DNA of 48,658 bases. Source: Nannocystales bacterium. GTDB taxonomy: Bacteria > Myxococcota_A > Polyangia > Nannocystales > Nannocystaceae. This document shows positions 1-10,092 of the stretch, piece by piece; position 1 is the first letter of the stretch; each line of letters starts with the position of its first letter. Below the pieces are notes generated by a model. The model saw only the letters and a program-made list of their open reading frames with translations. It made no database searches and was not told the origin of the DNA. The translations under genes and the position numbers were made by a program. The stretch covers positions 1 through 48,658 of the forward strand of contig JBOEGF010000067.1 of NCBI GenBank assembly GCA_050633305.1, written 5' to 3'.

Positions 1-610
1 AGACCGGAGCGCGGGAGACCCACTGAAACCGGCCACCCCGGCGCGCTTCCTCGACCGAGCATTCCAGCCGTAGTCCCGATCGGGACCCCCGTCTATCCCG
101 CAGCCCAGACCGGCGCTGCGGGCGGCAGACCCAACGAAACCGCACCCCGGCGGGCTTGCTCAACCGAGCACCCAGAGAACTCGAGCCGAGCTCGGAGGCC
201 ACCGACTCCCGCTGTAGTCCTACAAGCCGAGTCCGGGGATCCCGGGCAAGCGGGTGGCGGCGGGGTCTCGAGGGGCCTGGAGCCCGCGAGCTACGGGACC
301 GGGAGGTGATTCACCACCGGCGCAGGAGCAGGATTGAGGCTCTCATCATTGCCAGCCCATGAGGCCTGGAGCCTGCGAGGGATGTGGTGGCATCCACGGG
401 GCAAGCGGGTCGCGGCCAGTCCTCGAGAGGCCTGGAGCCGGCGGTTGATCGGGACTGCGGCTGTATGTCGTTGAATCCTGCGGATTCAACGCTGTGGGGG
501 CAGGACGACTGCAAGCGGTGGGCGAATCCTGCTTGGGGCCGGGGTCTGGCACTAACGCTTGGGAGGCTGAGGACCAACGCAAGCAGGGGGAGTCCCGGAG
601 GGATTCGCCC
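1..610. repeat. Cluster of degenerate direct and inverted repeats (REP/MITE-like or structured RNA)
   Basis: Direct repeats 1-61 ~ 107-170 and 244-290 ~ 399-440; palindrome 73-86; inverted pair 65-81/447-463; hairpin 469-491; inverted pair 520-529/601-610. No ORF with recognisable protein character. Confidence 0.6.
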
Positions 611-872
611 GCGGCACCTGAGTCTAGGCGTTGTTCGCGCACGAAAAAAACGCGACTCCCACAATTGGGAGCCGCGCTACCCGGAGACCACGGACGCCGG
701 GTCGCCCACGAAGGGCGAAGGGGTGGCGGGAGCAAGTTGTCCCCGCCGAACGTACTCGCACTCGCAATGACGGGCGGTGTGCACCCCGGTTGCGGATCCA
801 CGGCCAGAAAATCCGCGTGGCCCTATAGGGGGCCCGGAGGGACGGCCATGGCATGCTGCGACCAGGAGCGAC

Positions 873-2576
873 ATGTCGATTTCTCGCAGGGAACTCATGC
901 GGCGCGCGAGCGCCCTCTCTTTGAGCGCGGCGTCCTCGCCGCTGGCCGGCTGTGGTGATGACGGTGGCGGAGCCGGGCCGGAGGGCGGAACCACGGGCGC
1001 TGCCACGAGCGGGACAACGGCCGAGCCCGCATCCTCTTCGGGCGACATTCCCACGAGCACCGCCGCGGATTCGTCGTCGAGTGGTGGCGACGACGGCTTG
1101 CCTCACTACGAATATGACGGGGAGCCGGGGCCTGAAGACCTCTTCTCCCATGGCGTCGCTTCTGGCGACCCGCTTGCGGACGCCGTGATCCTCTGGACGC
1201 GACTGACGTCCGAGGACGATGGCGTGCTCGAGGCGTTCTTCGAGGTCGCGCTGGATCCCGAGTTCGAGATGCGAGTCGCCGCCGACTACATCGACTCGGT
1301 GCCCGACCGAGATCAGACGATCAAGTTGGACGTCGAGGGCCTCAGTCCGGGGACGACCTACTACTACCGCTTCTTCTCTCTGGGCCGCGAGTCCGTGCCC
1401 GGCCGGACCCGAACCGCCCCGGCGGGCGAGGTGGATCGGATCCGTGCCGCCGTGTGCTCGTGCGCGAGCCTGGCCCACGGGTACTTTCACGCGTACCGCC
1501 GTGTCGCGGAGCGAGCAGATCTCGATGTGGTCATTCATCTGGGCGACTACATCTACGAGTACGGGACGGGCGAGTACGGGGAGCTCCGGGAGTACGAGCC
1601 TGCGACAGAAATTGTCTCGCTCGCGGACTACCGCACCCGCTACGCGCAGTACCGACGCGACGCCGATCTTCAAGAGCTGCATCGACAGCATCCGATGGTC
1701 GCGGTGTGGGACGACCATGAGTCCGCCGACAACGCGTACCGAGATGGCGCCAGCAACCATCAGCCGGTCACCGAGGGCGAGTGGGAGGATCGCAAGGCCG
1801 TGGCGTTCCAGTCCTACGCGGAGTGGATGCCGTTCCGTGAAGGCGCGCAGGCGGTGATCTACCGGGCGTTGCCGTACGGCGACCTGATGCACCTCATCAT
1901 GCTCGACACCCGCATTGTGGGTCGGGATGAGCAACCGGACGACCTCACGGACCCGGAGCTGCTCGACGACCCGGATCGGCAACTTCTGGGCATGGAGCAG
2001 GAAGCGTGGATGGTCGACCAGGTCACCAACAGCACGGCACAGTGGAAGCTGATCGGCCAGCAGGTCGTGATGTCGGAGGTGATCTTGGGCGAGGGGCCGT
2101 TCAACGCCGACCAGTGGGACGGCTATCGTGCGGCTCGAGGTCGTTTCTACGACCTCGCCGGATCCACCGGCAACGTGGTCGTGCTGACGGGGGACGTCCA
2201 CTCTTCGTGGGCATTCGACCTTGCCGTCGATCCCGCGGGGACGTACGACCCCAGTGACGGAACGGGATCCGTGGGCGTGGAGTTTGTCGTGCCCGCAGTG
2301 TCCTCGCCCGGGTTCCCGCTCAACGCGGGGCCTGCTCTGCTCGCGACAAATCCCCATCTTCACTGGATCGATATCCGCGAGCGTGGCTATGTGCTCCTCG
2401 ACGTGGACACCGAACGTGTTCAGGCCTCGTGGTGGTTCGTCGAAGAAGTGGAGTCGGCCGATGGTGCTGGTGAGAGCCTCGCTGCGGTGTGGGCGGTTCG
2501 AGATGGAACGGATCACCTCGAAGAAGAACTCGAGGCCGCCGAGCCTCCGGCGGATCCGCCCCCGCTCGCACCGTGA
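873..2576 (+). CDS. phoD: Alkaline phosphatase D family protein, Tat-exported lipoprotein
   Basis: ATG873 with AGGAG RBS at 864-868; Tat motif SRRELM and lipobox LAGC; PhoD motifs FSHGVASGDP, HLGDYIYE, WDDHE, DQWDGY, LTGDVH. Confidence 0.93.
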   Translation: MSISRRELMRRASALSLSAASSPLAGCGDDGGGAGPEGGTTGAATSGTTAEPASSSGDIPTSTAADSSSSGGDDGLPHYEYDGEPGPEDLFSHGVASGDPLADAVILWTRLTSEDDGVLEAFFEVALDPEFEMRVAADYIDSVPDRDQTIKLDVEGLSPGTTYYYRFFSLGRESVPGRTRTAPAGEVDRIRAAVCSCASLAHGYFHAYRRVAERADLDVVIHLGDYIYEYGTGEYGELREYEPATEIVSLADYRTRYAQYRRDADLQELHRQHPMVAVWDDHESADNAYRDGASNHQPVTEGEWEDRKAVAFQSYAEWMPFREGAQAVIYRALPYGDLMHLIMLDTRIVGRDEQPDDLTDPELLDDPDRQLLGMEQEAWMVDQVTNSTAQWKLIGQQVVMSEVILGEGPFNADQWDGYRAARGRFYDLAGSTGNVVVLTGDVHSSWAFDLAVDPAGTYDPSDGTGSVGVEFVVPAVSSPGFPLNAGPALLATNPHLHWIDIRERGYVLLDVDTERVQASWWFVEEVESADGAGESLAAVWAVRDGTDHLEEELEAAEPPADPPPLAP

Positions 2577-2607
2577 GACACGACGCCCGCACTGGAGCGG
2601 AAACCAC

Positions 2608-2640
2608 AAAAGAGGGCGCCCCACGAGAGGCGCCCTTCTT
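2608..2640. terminator. Probable bidirectional intrinsic terminator
   Basis: Stem AGGGCGCC (2613-2620)/GGCGCCCT (2629-2636), flanked by AAAAG and TCTT, between two convergent genes. Confidence 0.7.
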
Positions 2641-2661
2641 CGAGTCCTAGGACGTTGCGTC

Positions 2662-4542
2662 TCAGCCCGGAGCGGGCAGGGCTTCGGGCGGCACCAGGAT
2701 GAAGACGTCTCGGTCATCGAGGTCTCCACAGTCGTCCGCGAGGACCTGAATGTTCGCCGTGAAGAGGCGAGCATCCGGTCCCTGCTCGACGAAGTCGTTG
2801 AACGCGGTGACCGTGAAGATCACGTCCGTGTCGGGGACGACGTTTTCGAATGTGGTCGGGGTGAGCGTGGGGTCGGGCACGCCCGGCAACGGGACGACTC
2901 CGTGGTCGAACGGAGTCACCGCTTGGATGAAGTCTGCCGTGGTGGTTCCCATCGGAAGGGCAACGCCGTCGACGTCGGTGCCGCCGCCGGTCACCGCGCT
3001 TGTGACGTCGAAGCGCCCGTAGGCTGCCAACAACGGGACTGCGCTCGCGAATGAATCGCCGACACCATTGCCGCTCGCGTCGGCCGTGAACGTCATCGGG
3101 CACAAACCCTCGCCGTCCGCGGCTCGACCCGTGCCGTTTTGGCCGGTGCAGCATTGGCCCGCAGCACATCCCGGTGGGCGCCCGACGACGTCCCAAGCCT
3201 CAGTGGGGACTCGTGCATCGGTTGCGTTGTTGAACGCGAGCCCATCCTCGTACGCTGTGCAGGACCCCGTACCGCCGATGGCGATCTGAATGACACGGCC
3301 GCAGATGTTGTTCATCGCGTCCATGGCCTCGGTCTGGCTATGGGCTGCTGCTGCAACGGCTCCCGAGTACTGACGGCCACAGGTTGCGACATCGGTGTCG
3401 TGGGTGACGTTGTCCGTGATGGACACGACGATCGGCAGAGACCCTTCTCGGAAGCCGACGCCGCCAATTCCCGAGTTGTTTGCCGCGACCGACGTGGGCG
3501 CGGGTCCAACCAGCCCGTCGCCGGTTGCGATCTGGTAGAGCGCCTCGACACCCGACTCCGGGCCGTCGTTTCCGCCGGCCGCAGAGTAGGTGTTCACCGC
3601 GGTCTGCACGAGCGCGACGTTGTTGGTGATCTCCTGCAGCAGTACGAACGGCTGGTCCGTCCCCGCGGTGCCATAGGGGCTGATCGGGAAGTCATCGAAC
3701 GAGCCAGCCCCAAACTGGGTGTTCGGTACCTCGGCAAGGATGGCCGGGATGACGTCGCTGGCCAGCGCGCTGCGGAGGTTGTTGATCTCCCCGGCCATCG
3801 ACCCGGTCGTATCCATGTTGATGAACACGTCCATCGACTTCACGTCCGTGTTGAACGTGAGCGGCTGGTCTTGTGGGCCGTCCTTGTCTTCAAACGGCAG
3901 CACAAAGAAGAAGTCGTTGGCGAGGTCGTACGCAGCGATCGTGACCTGCGCTTGGCCCGTCTCCCCGGCGACATCCGCCGTCAGGATCGCGGACTCGAAA
4001 AAGCTGTCCGCGAATCCGGGGATCTCTAGGGTCGCGCCATTCATCGCACCGACGGCGGCGTTGGACACATCCCACGTCGCGTCCCCGGTGACGTCGATGG
4101 AGCTTCCGTCGCTGTAGTTGGCCGTGACAATGAAGTCGACCGAGCTGCCGCTGTTGAGATCGAGTTCGAGAATGGTCTCCGGAGGCGTCACCTCGAGGAA
4201 CAAGAGCGTCGGCTCGTTGTCCGTATCGCTGGCGTTCGTGTCGTCCGTGGTTCCTGTGTCCGCGGTGTCGCTGTCGTCGGTGTCCGTCGAACCACCCGTG
4301 GTGGTGTCGCTGTCCGAGCTCTGCGTGTCGGAGCCCATCGAGTCGCTGTCGATCGTGTCTGAGGAGGCGTCGGTGCCGCCGTCTGTGCCCCCGTCGGTGG
4401 CGGTCGCGGAACCGATCGTATCGATGCCACCCGACCCGTCATCGCCGCCGGGCGCAGTCGCCCCGTCGCAGCCCGCAATCAGCATCACGCCGAGAAGCGC
4501 GCCAAAATAGCCAACCTGATGTTTATAAGCTCCGCGATCCAT
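2662..4542 (-). CDS. Lipoprotein with S/T/D-rich linker, Ig-like domain and VWA domain
   Basis: Lipobox LIAGC; Ig-like segment LEVTPP...ANYSDGSSIDVT...W; MIDAS-like DTTGSM, then GGNDGPESGVEAL and ITD. Start at ATG4542 (GGGGA upstream) or 4584. Confidence 0.8.
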   Translation of the reverse strand: MDRGAYKHQVGYFGALLGVMLIAGCDGATAPGGDDGSGGIDTIGSATATDGGTDGGTDASSDTIDSDSMGSDTQSSDSDTTTGGSTDTDDSDTADTGTTDDTNASDTDNEPTLLFLEVTPPETILELDLNSGSSVDFIVTANYSDGSSIDVTGDATWDVSNAAVGAMNGATLEIPGFADSFFESAILTADVAGETGQAQVTIAAYDLANDFFFVLPFEDKDGPQDQPLTFNTDVKSMDVFINMDTTGSMAGEINNLRSALASDVIPAILAEVPNTQFGAGSFDDFPISPYGTAGTDQPFVLLQEITNNVALVQTAVNTYSAAGGNDGPESGVEALYQIATGDGLVGPAPTSVAANNSGIGGVGFREGSLPIVVSITDNVTHDTDVATCGRQYSGAVAAAAHSQTEAMDAMNNICGRVIQIAIGGTGSCTAYEDGLAFNNATDARVPTEAWDVVGRPPGCAAGQCCTGQNGTGRAADGEGLCPMTFTADASGNGVGDSFASAVPLLAAYGRFDVTSAVTGGGTDVDGVALPMGTTTADFIQAVTPFDHGVVPLPGVPDPTLTPTTFENVVPDTDVIFTVTAFNDFVEQGPDARLFTANIQVLADDCGDLDDRDVFILVPPEALPAPG

Positions 4543-4734
4543 GTTGTCCCCAGCACATGATAGTCGCCGAATGATGCCGCGCATAGTCCGAAACTGCGCG
4601 TCGGCCGGGCCGCTCTTCGTTCAGGTGCGCCGTGGCCGTACATTCACGGACTCCGGCTTGCCGCGTTTTCGCGTGCGGCAAAGTCGCCCGTAGCCCCCAC
4701 CGCTAGGGGCCCGAGACCGCTGCGGTTTTCCGCA

Positions 4735-7700
4735 TTGATGTCGTTCCAGCTTGCTAGACTCCACACCGGGAACGCAGTGCGCGTCGTCAACGATCGCAGA
4801 CGACTCCCTCGGGTCGCCTGGAACGGCCAGGCCGTGATTCAGACCCGTCGGGGCGAGGTCCGTGGAGTTGGGCTCGATTTGAGCGCTGACGGGATGGCCG
4901 TGCTCGCTGCATCGCCAGGCAAAGCGAAGGAGCGGGTCCGTGTTCACATGCAGCTCGGCGAGTTCCCGCTCCTGACCGACGCTCGCGTCGTTCGGATGAC
5001 GAAGCGCCGGGATGGATACCGATGGGCGCTTCGCTTCGACCGCATGGATGAACGGATGCGGGCGAACCTGGAGGCATACGTCCGGCAACAGCTCGCGAGT
5101 GCAGCACGAGTGCGGCAAGCCCAGCTCTACTCGCAGCGACTCAAGGGGGGAGCGCTGCCCACCCCGCCGAGCGCGACGCCGCCTCCAACGACTCTGACCC
5201 CGGCACCTGCGGGCGTACCGACACCCGCTCCCGTCGATCCGCGAGTCCGTGCCGGGATCACCCTGCCACCGATCGAACCCAAGGACCTGGCGGTTCCTGG
5301 GGGGGGTCGTGGAGGGCAGGAACCGCAGGAGGATTCGCTCGACGGCTTGGCGGAGGTGTTGCCACAGCGGCCGCTGGAGATCGAACTCCCCTCGATGGCC
5401 CCAGGTCCAGACCAGCCGGTGTTGGACATCGGCGACGCGCCGCCGACCGAGCAAGACGTCTACGTCCCGTACCAGTCGAGTTCCGCGACGGACGAAGCCG
5501 CGCTGTTGGGCGAAGGACCGATGACACCCGCTCCGGAGAGCAACCCCCCAGCGGTCGCAGCGACGCCTCCTCCCCCTCCGCGTCAGGTCGAGCGCAATCC
5601 CGCGGAGGTCCTCGCCCCCGGGGTGATTGAGATCTCCGACGACGAGGACTTGTCCCTCGAGGACATCTTGGCCGAGGTCGAGGCCGGCGGGACGCTCGTG
5701 CCTACTGGGAGCACGGACACCCCTGTCTCGGACCTTCAGATGCCACCCAAGCAGGACGCGGCCAAGGTGCCGACGATGGGTTTGGGCGATGTTCCGGTCC
5801 TCGACGACGACATGGGGGACGAGGAAGAAACCCTCGCCCGGGACTCGGCTCCGGTGGCTCGGACGGTGGTGAAGGTCGACGGTGCCGCTGCGTTTGTCGG
5901 GACGCCGCAGGAGCCGGCTTTGGACGCGGCGCTGGTGGCGGATACCCCGGCTTTGGATGCAGGGCTGTCGGAAGACGCACCGGCGATGGATGCGGTCTTG
6001 CTGGAGGACGCGCCGGCTTTGGATGCTGGGCTCTCGGAGGATGCGCCGGCGATGGACGCGGTGTTGTTGGAGGATGCGCCGGCCCTGGATGCGGGCCTGT
6101 CCGACGATGCGCCGGCGCTGCTGGGGGCGCCGATGGGCACCGCCCCGGCTTTGGATGGCGCGCTCTTGGATGACACATCGGCTCCCCTCGCGGAGGGTCT
6201 GGGTGCTGCGTCGGGACCTTCGCGGGACAGTGCCGCTCTGGCGTTGGACGCGGGGCCCGTGGGTGGGGGGGCTGCGCTCGTTGGGGAGCCGGACGATGCC
6301 GCAGCCGCACTGTCGGGTGCTCCGCTGCACGATGGCCCGGCACTGGACAGTGCCCTCTTGGGCGACGCGCCGGTTCTTGGAACTCCGCCCCCTGAGGTCG
6401 TGCCGGTTCCCTCCGGTGCGCCGCTGGAGGAAGAGCCCGGGCTCGACGCTGGCCTCCTCCAGGATGCGCCGGCGCTCGTCGGTTCACCAGTCGAGGCCGC
6501 GCCCGCGCTGGGCGACGGATTGTTGGACGAGGCTCCGGCGCTCGCAGGTGCTCCGTTCTCGGCTGCGCCTCCCTCGGCTCGCGCCACCCTCCTTCCAGGC
6601 GCTCGGGAGTCCTCCACATCGAACTCGGCACCGGAGTTCGGTGGGGCGCCCTTCAGCACATCGCCGCCGCCGGGGGAGAACTCCGCGGAGATCTCGTTGG
6701 CCGACCTCGCGCCTGCGATGCAGCGAGCCGCGGCGCATGCGACCGAGGTCGCGACCGAGCCCGAACCCGCGAACCCCTACGCGACCCCCCCACCGTCGAG
6801 CCCGCAGCCCTACATTCCGGTGCCTGCGGACCCTGAGCCCGCGGAGCCCCCCGTTGCCCGAGAGGCCGATGCGCCTCTTCCATCCGGCGTCCCGACTCCA
6901 CCTCCGAGCCAGGGCCACGCCTCGGTGCAGGACACGACCCCGGACGAGGACGAAGAATTCCCCGAGCCGCCCGCGCTGCTGGACCCGGTCGACGGAACGG
7001 AGCCGGCGCCTCCTGCTGCGCCGCCGTCGACGACCACGTTGTATGCCGACGATGCTGCGCCGTTCGACCCGTACGCGCCTAACCCCGACCCACCCGCGGG
7101 GGCTGCCAAGGCGCGGTTGGGCTCTGCGCCTCGGGCGTTGGGGGAACTGCCTCCGGTGGTCGAGGGGCTGTATACACCCACGTCCAACCCTGCGATCCAC
7201 GAGGGATCGGGGGCATACCAGAGCGCGTCGTTCGAGCCGTTCCCCAGCGCCGAGGCTGGTCTCTACGGAGGTCGGGAGGACGTGACCTTCGAGCAACAGC
7301 AGGGCAACCCCCGCCAGCGCCTCGCCGTACTGCAGCAGGACGACAAGTCGACACACAAGCTCGCGCAACAGCACGACCTGTTCCTTGGTGACATCGAGGG
7401 CGTGACGTCGGGGGTGGACGTCCCCGCAGTCCCTGCGGTTCCAGAACCTCCGCAGGCTCCTCCTCCAGATGCTGGTGCAGATGCTGGCGCAGAGGATCTC
7501 GAACACGATGCCGCGGCGGATGCCGACGAACTCGACTTTGCGGAGCTCGAGGAGGTCCTCGATGCGGCGGAGGCGGACGCCAAACAGTCCGCCGCCGCCA
7601 AGTCCGCGGTCGATGGTCTCGCAGCTGCGAGGGCCGAAGCAGAGCAGCTCCAGGCCGCCGTTCCCGACCAAGAGTTGGGAGCCAATGCCCCAACCTCCAT

Positions 7701-8931
7701 GCATGGCCTGCCGGAGCTGGCCGAGATGGCGCCGACGCGCCCGATCGACGTCCATGCTCCGGAGGAGTTTACGCCCGCCCCCCACGACCTCACGCCGCCC
7801 CCGCAGGATGTCGCGGCCGAGGACCACACGCCGCCGCCCCAAGAACTCAGCCTCGATGATGTTGGGCCACCCGAAGGCGGGCGCGCATCGTCGACGTCGA
7901 ACAACCGGGTCGCGCCGACGTATCCCGAGTTCAACGTCATCCCCGACTACGATCAGCCGCTGGAGTCAGACGGTGCTCCGTCGGGTCCGGAGCCCGCGCA
8001 GTCGGGAAACACAATCGTCGCTTCGTTCGAAGACCTTGGTCTCCCGGCACCCTCCTCGGACCCGGTCGCACGACCTGCGCCCTCTGCTCCGAGTGACTTC
8101 GCGGTGCTGCCGAGCTTCGGAGGTCCACAGATTGGCGCCGGATTCACGATGGTCGCCGCCTTCGATGCCGGGGAGGAGGCGGACGTGGGTGCCAGCAGCA
8201 CGATGATCGCGACCGCGGGCGACATTGAAGCGTGGCGGTCCGCGGGGGTCGCTTCGGCCGAGCCGCCGAGCGCGACGGATGCCATCGTTCCGCCTGAGTT
8301 CGAGGAAGAGCGGACTGGCATGTACACGCCCGCGCCGGGTTCGCTGCCTCCGCTTGCCCCCGCACCTCAGGTTCCGGTGGTTGGCGCTCCAGGCCTCCAA
8401 GACGAGGCGCTGACAGCCATGCGGGTGGGGCGTGATGCTCAGCCTACGGGCGCTGGGTTCGAGCTCAATCCTCGAGGTCCCGCGCCGGTTCCGGTGCCGT
8501 CCGACCCGACGGTCGCGGTTTCCGTGGGTGCGCCGGGTCCGTCTTCACGGGGTCAAACCAGCCTGGACAAAGGGGGGCGGCCCGGGCCTCCTCCCAAGCC
8601 GGTCGTCGCACCGCCGCCGCCCAAGCCCGATCCGTCCGCCGCGCCTCCGCTGCGAGGCAGTGGGTCTGTCGCGCCCGCTTCGCCGCCGACCGCCCGCCGT
8701 TCACTTGTGGAGGACGCCTTGGCGGACCTCAAACGCAAGACCGATTCGAGACGGAAGAAGCGCGAGACGCTCTCGCCCGTCGAGGAAAAGGCCCGGGCCC
8801 TGGCTGCGGAGAAGAAAGCCGCCAAACAGGAGCGTCGTCGTCGACGGCTGGGCAAGGCCGAGCTGGTCGACCCCGCGATCGCGGACCTGTACAAGGCCGC
8901 AATGACCGACCTGTCGCGTACGCGAGATTGA
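4735..8931 (+). CDS. PilZ-domain protein with ~1200-aa acidic Pro/Ala-rich extension
   Basis: N-terminal RRLPR (RxxxR) and DLSADG (DxSxxG) c-di-GMP motifs; the rest is low complexity with a basic helical C-terminus. Exact start uncertain. Confidence 0.8.
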   Translation: MMSFQLARLHTGNAVRVVNDRRRLPRVAWNGQAVIQTRRGEVRGVGLDLSADGMAVLAASPGKAKERVRVHMQLGEFPLLTDARVVRMTKRRDGYRWALRFDRMDERMRANLEAYVRQQLASAARVRQAQLYSQRLKGGALPTPPSATPPPTTLTPAPAGVPTPAPVDPRVRAGITLPPIEPKDLAVPGGGRGGQEPQEDSLDGLAEVLPQRPLEIELPSMAPGPDQPVLDIGDAPPTEQDVYVPYQSSSATDEAALLGEGPMTPAPESNPPAVAATPPPPPRQVERNPAEVLAPGVIEISDDEDLSLEDILAEVEAGGTLVPTGSTDTPVSDLQMPPKQDAAKVPTMGLGDVPVLDDDMGDEEETLARDSAPVARTVVKVDGAAAFVGTPQEPALDAALVADTPALDAGLSEDAPAMDAVLLEDAPALDAGLSEDAPAMDAVLLEDAPALDAGLSDDAPALLGAPMGTAPALDGALLDDTSAPLAEGLGAASGPSRDSAALALDAGPVGGGAALVGEPDDAAAALSGAPLHDGPALDSALLGDAPVLGTPPPEVVPVPSGAPLEEEPGLDAGLLQDAPALVGSPVEAAPALGDGLLDEAPALAGAPFSAAPPSARATLLPGARESSTSNSAPEFGGAPFSTSPPPGENSAEISLADLAPAMQRAAAHATEVATEPEPANPYATPPPSSPQPYIPVPADPEPAEPPVAREADAPLPSGVPTPPPSQGHASVQDTTPDEDEEFPEPPALLDPVDGTEPAPPAAPPSTTTLYADDAAPFDPYAPNPDPPAGAAKARLGSAPRALGELPPVVEGLYTPTSNPAIHEGSGAYQSASFEPFPSAEAGLYGGREDVTFEQQQGNPRQRLAVLQQDDKSTHKLAQQHDLFLGDIEGVTSGVDVPAVPAVPEPPQAPPPDAGADAGAEDLEHDAAADADELDFAELEEVLDAAEADAKQSAAAKSAVDGLAAARAEAEQLQAAVPDQELGANAPTSMHGLPELAEMAPTRPIDVHAPEEFTPAPHDLTPPPQDVAAEDHTPPPQELSLDDVGPPEGGRASSTSNNRVAPTYPEFNVIPDYDQPLESDGAPSGPEPAQSGNTIVASFEDLGLPAPSSDPVARPAPSAPSDFAVLPSFGGPQIGAGFTMVAAFDAGEEADVGASSTMIATAGDIEAWRSAGVASAEPPSATDAIVPPEFEEERTGMYTPAPGSLPPLAPAPQVPVVGAPGLQDEALTAMRVGRDAQPTGAGFELNPRGPAPVPVPSDPTVAVSVGAPGPSSRGQTSLDKGGRPGPPPKPVVAPPPPKPDPSAAPPLRGSGSVAPASPPTARRSLVEDALADLKRKTDSRRKKRETLSPVEEKARALAAEKKAAKQERRRRRLGKAELVDPAIADLYKAAMTDLSRTRD
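5911..6174 (+). repeat. In-frame tandem 33-nt (11-aa) repeats, DAPALDAGLSE/DAPAMDAVLLE
   Basis: Alternating 11-aa units form a 22-aa higher-order repeat; more degenerate copies continue to about 6560. Confidence 0.9.
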
Positions 8932-8936
8932 ACCTG

Positions 8937-10082
8937 ATGACCTACGATTTGATCGTGGTGGGGGCCGGACCCGCGGGGGCCGCCGCTGGGGTGACCGCGG
9001 CTCGTGCAGGGGCACGAGTGCTGGTGGTGGACCGAGCCACCTTCCCCAGGCCAAAGACATGCGGAGACGCGCTCTCGAACCGAGGCGCTGAGGTCGTCGA
9101 TCGCATCGTCGGTAAAAAGCACGCTCTGAGCCAGGTTCCGCACGCGGTCGTTCACGGTGCGGTCGCCGTATTTCCGGATGGCGCTCGGATCCGGCGCGGG
9201 TTCGGGGGACACGACGGATACATCGTGCCCAGGTACGCGCTCGACGGTCTGCTTCGTGCCCAGCTGGAAGGAGCCGGGGCCGAGGTTCGCGAGGGCGCTC
9301 GGGTTGAACGGCTGCTCTCGAGCGGTTCGGATATCGTCGGGGCCCAGGTCGAGGGGGAGCGACTGTTCTCCCGCGCTGTGATCGCCGCGGACGGTCCGGG
9401 ATCTGTGGGGTGGCGAGCGCTTGCCGTCCCCTACCGTCGCGGGCGAAGTCTTGCGGTGGCGATCACGGCGTACTACGAAGATGTGGATTTCGGGGAGGAC
9501 GTCGGCCGAACCGAGCACTACTTCGAGTCCGACCTTCGCAGCGGCTACGGCTGGGCGTTTCCTCCCGTGGAGGGCGAGTCGAATGTTGGCGTCTATCAAC
9601 GCTCCGATGCGTTTGAGCACGGCCCGCGAAAGCTCGGGGCTTGGCTCGAGGCGTTCGTCGAGCGTCACCCCGAGCGTTTTCACCGGGCTCGACGGGTTGG
9701 AAAGACCCGCACCTGGTCCCTTCCCCTCGCGATCCGGCCCGGTCCGCCCGGGGGTGCTGGCCTGCTTCTCGCCGGGGACGCCGCCAACAGCATCGATCCT
9801 CTGTCGGGTGAGGGAATCTGGCAGGCCCTCGACTCCGGGGAACTCGCGGCGCAAATCGTGCTCAAGGCGCTCGACAGCACAGGCCTCACGATGCGCTGGG
9901 TTCGGCAGTATCAGGCACAGTGGACCGCCCGCATCGGGACCACATCGATGGTCCGCCTGGGTATCCAGGACGCCATGGATCGCTTCATTGGGAGCGGTCT
10001 GTATCGTAGCGGACTCGCCCGCGGTTTGCTCAAACGCGCCTACTCCAGCGAGGCGTTCGAAGTGAGCAAGAAACTCAAGTAG
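8937..10082 (+). CDS. Geranylgeranyl reductase family FAD-dependent oxidoreductase
   Basis: GAGPAG dinucleotide motif, FPRPKTCGD, YIVPRYALD, AADG, GYGWAFP, GDAA..IDPLSGEGI. Confidence 0.88.
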   Translation: MTYDLIVVGAGPAGAAAGVTAARAGARVLVVDRATFPRPKTCGDALSNRGAEVVDRIVGKKHALSQVPHAVVHGAVAVFPDGARIRRGFGGHDGYIVPRYALDGLLRAQLEGAGAEVREGARVERLLSSGSDIVGAQVEGERLFSRAVIAADGPGSVGWRALAVPYRRGRSLAVAITAYYEDVDFGEDVGRTEHYFESDLRSGYGWAFPPVEGESNVGVYQRSDAFEHGPRKLGAWLEAFVERHPERFHRARRVGKTRTWSLPLAIRPGPPGGAGLLLAGDAANSIDPLSGEGIWQALDSGELAAQIVLKALDSTGLTMRWVRQYQAQWTARIGTTSMVRLGIQDAMDRFIGSGLYRSGLARGLLKRAYSSEAFEVSKKLK

Positions 10083-10092
10083 TGTCCCTGCG

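Noticed and set aside
1..170. CRISPR array or hammerhead ribozyme reading of the left-edge repeats
   Set aside because: Copies are too degenerate and irregular for CRISPR, and the CUGAUGA hammerhead core is absent.
624..2774. 716-aa minus-strand ORF, and similar long antisense ORFs (4621-6330, 8553-10124, 26767-27939, 34227-35720)
   Set aside because: Shadow ORFs opposite well-supported genes; expected in high-GC DNA and without recognisable motifs.
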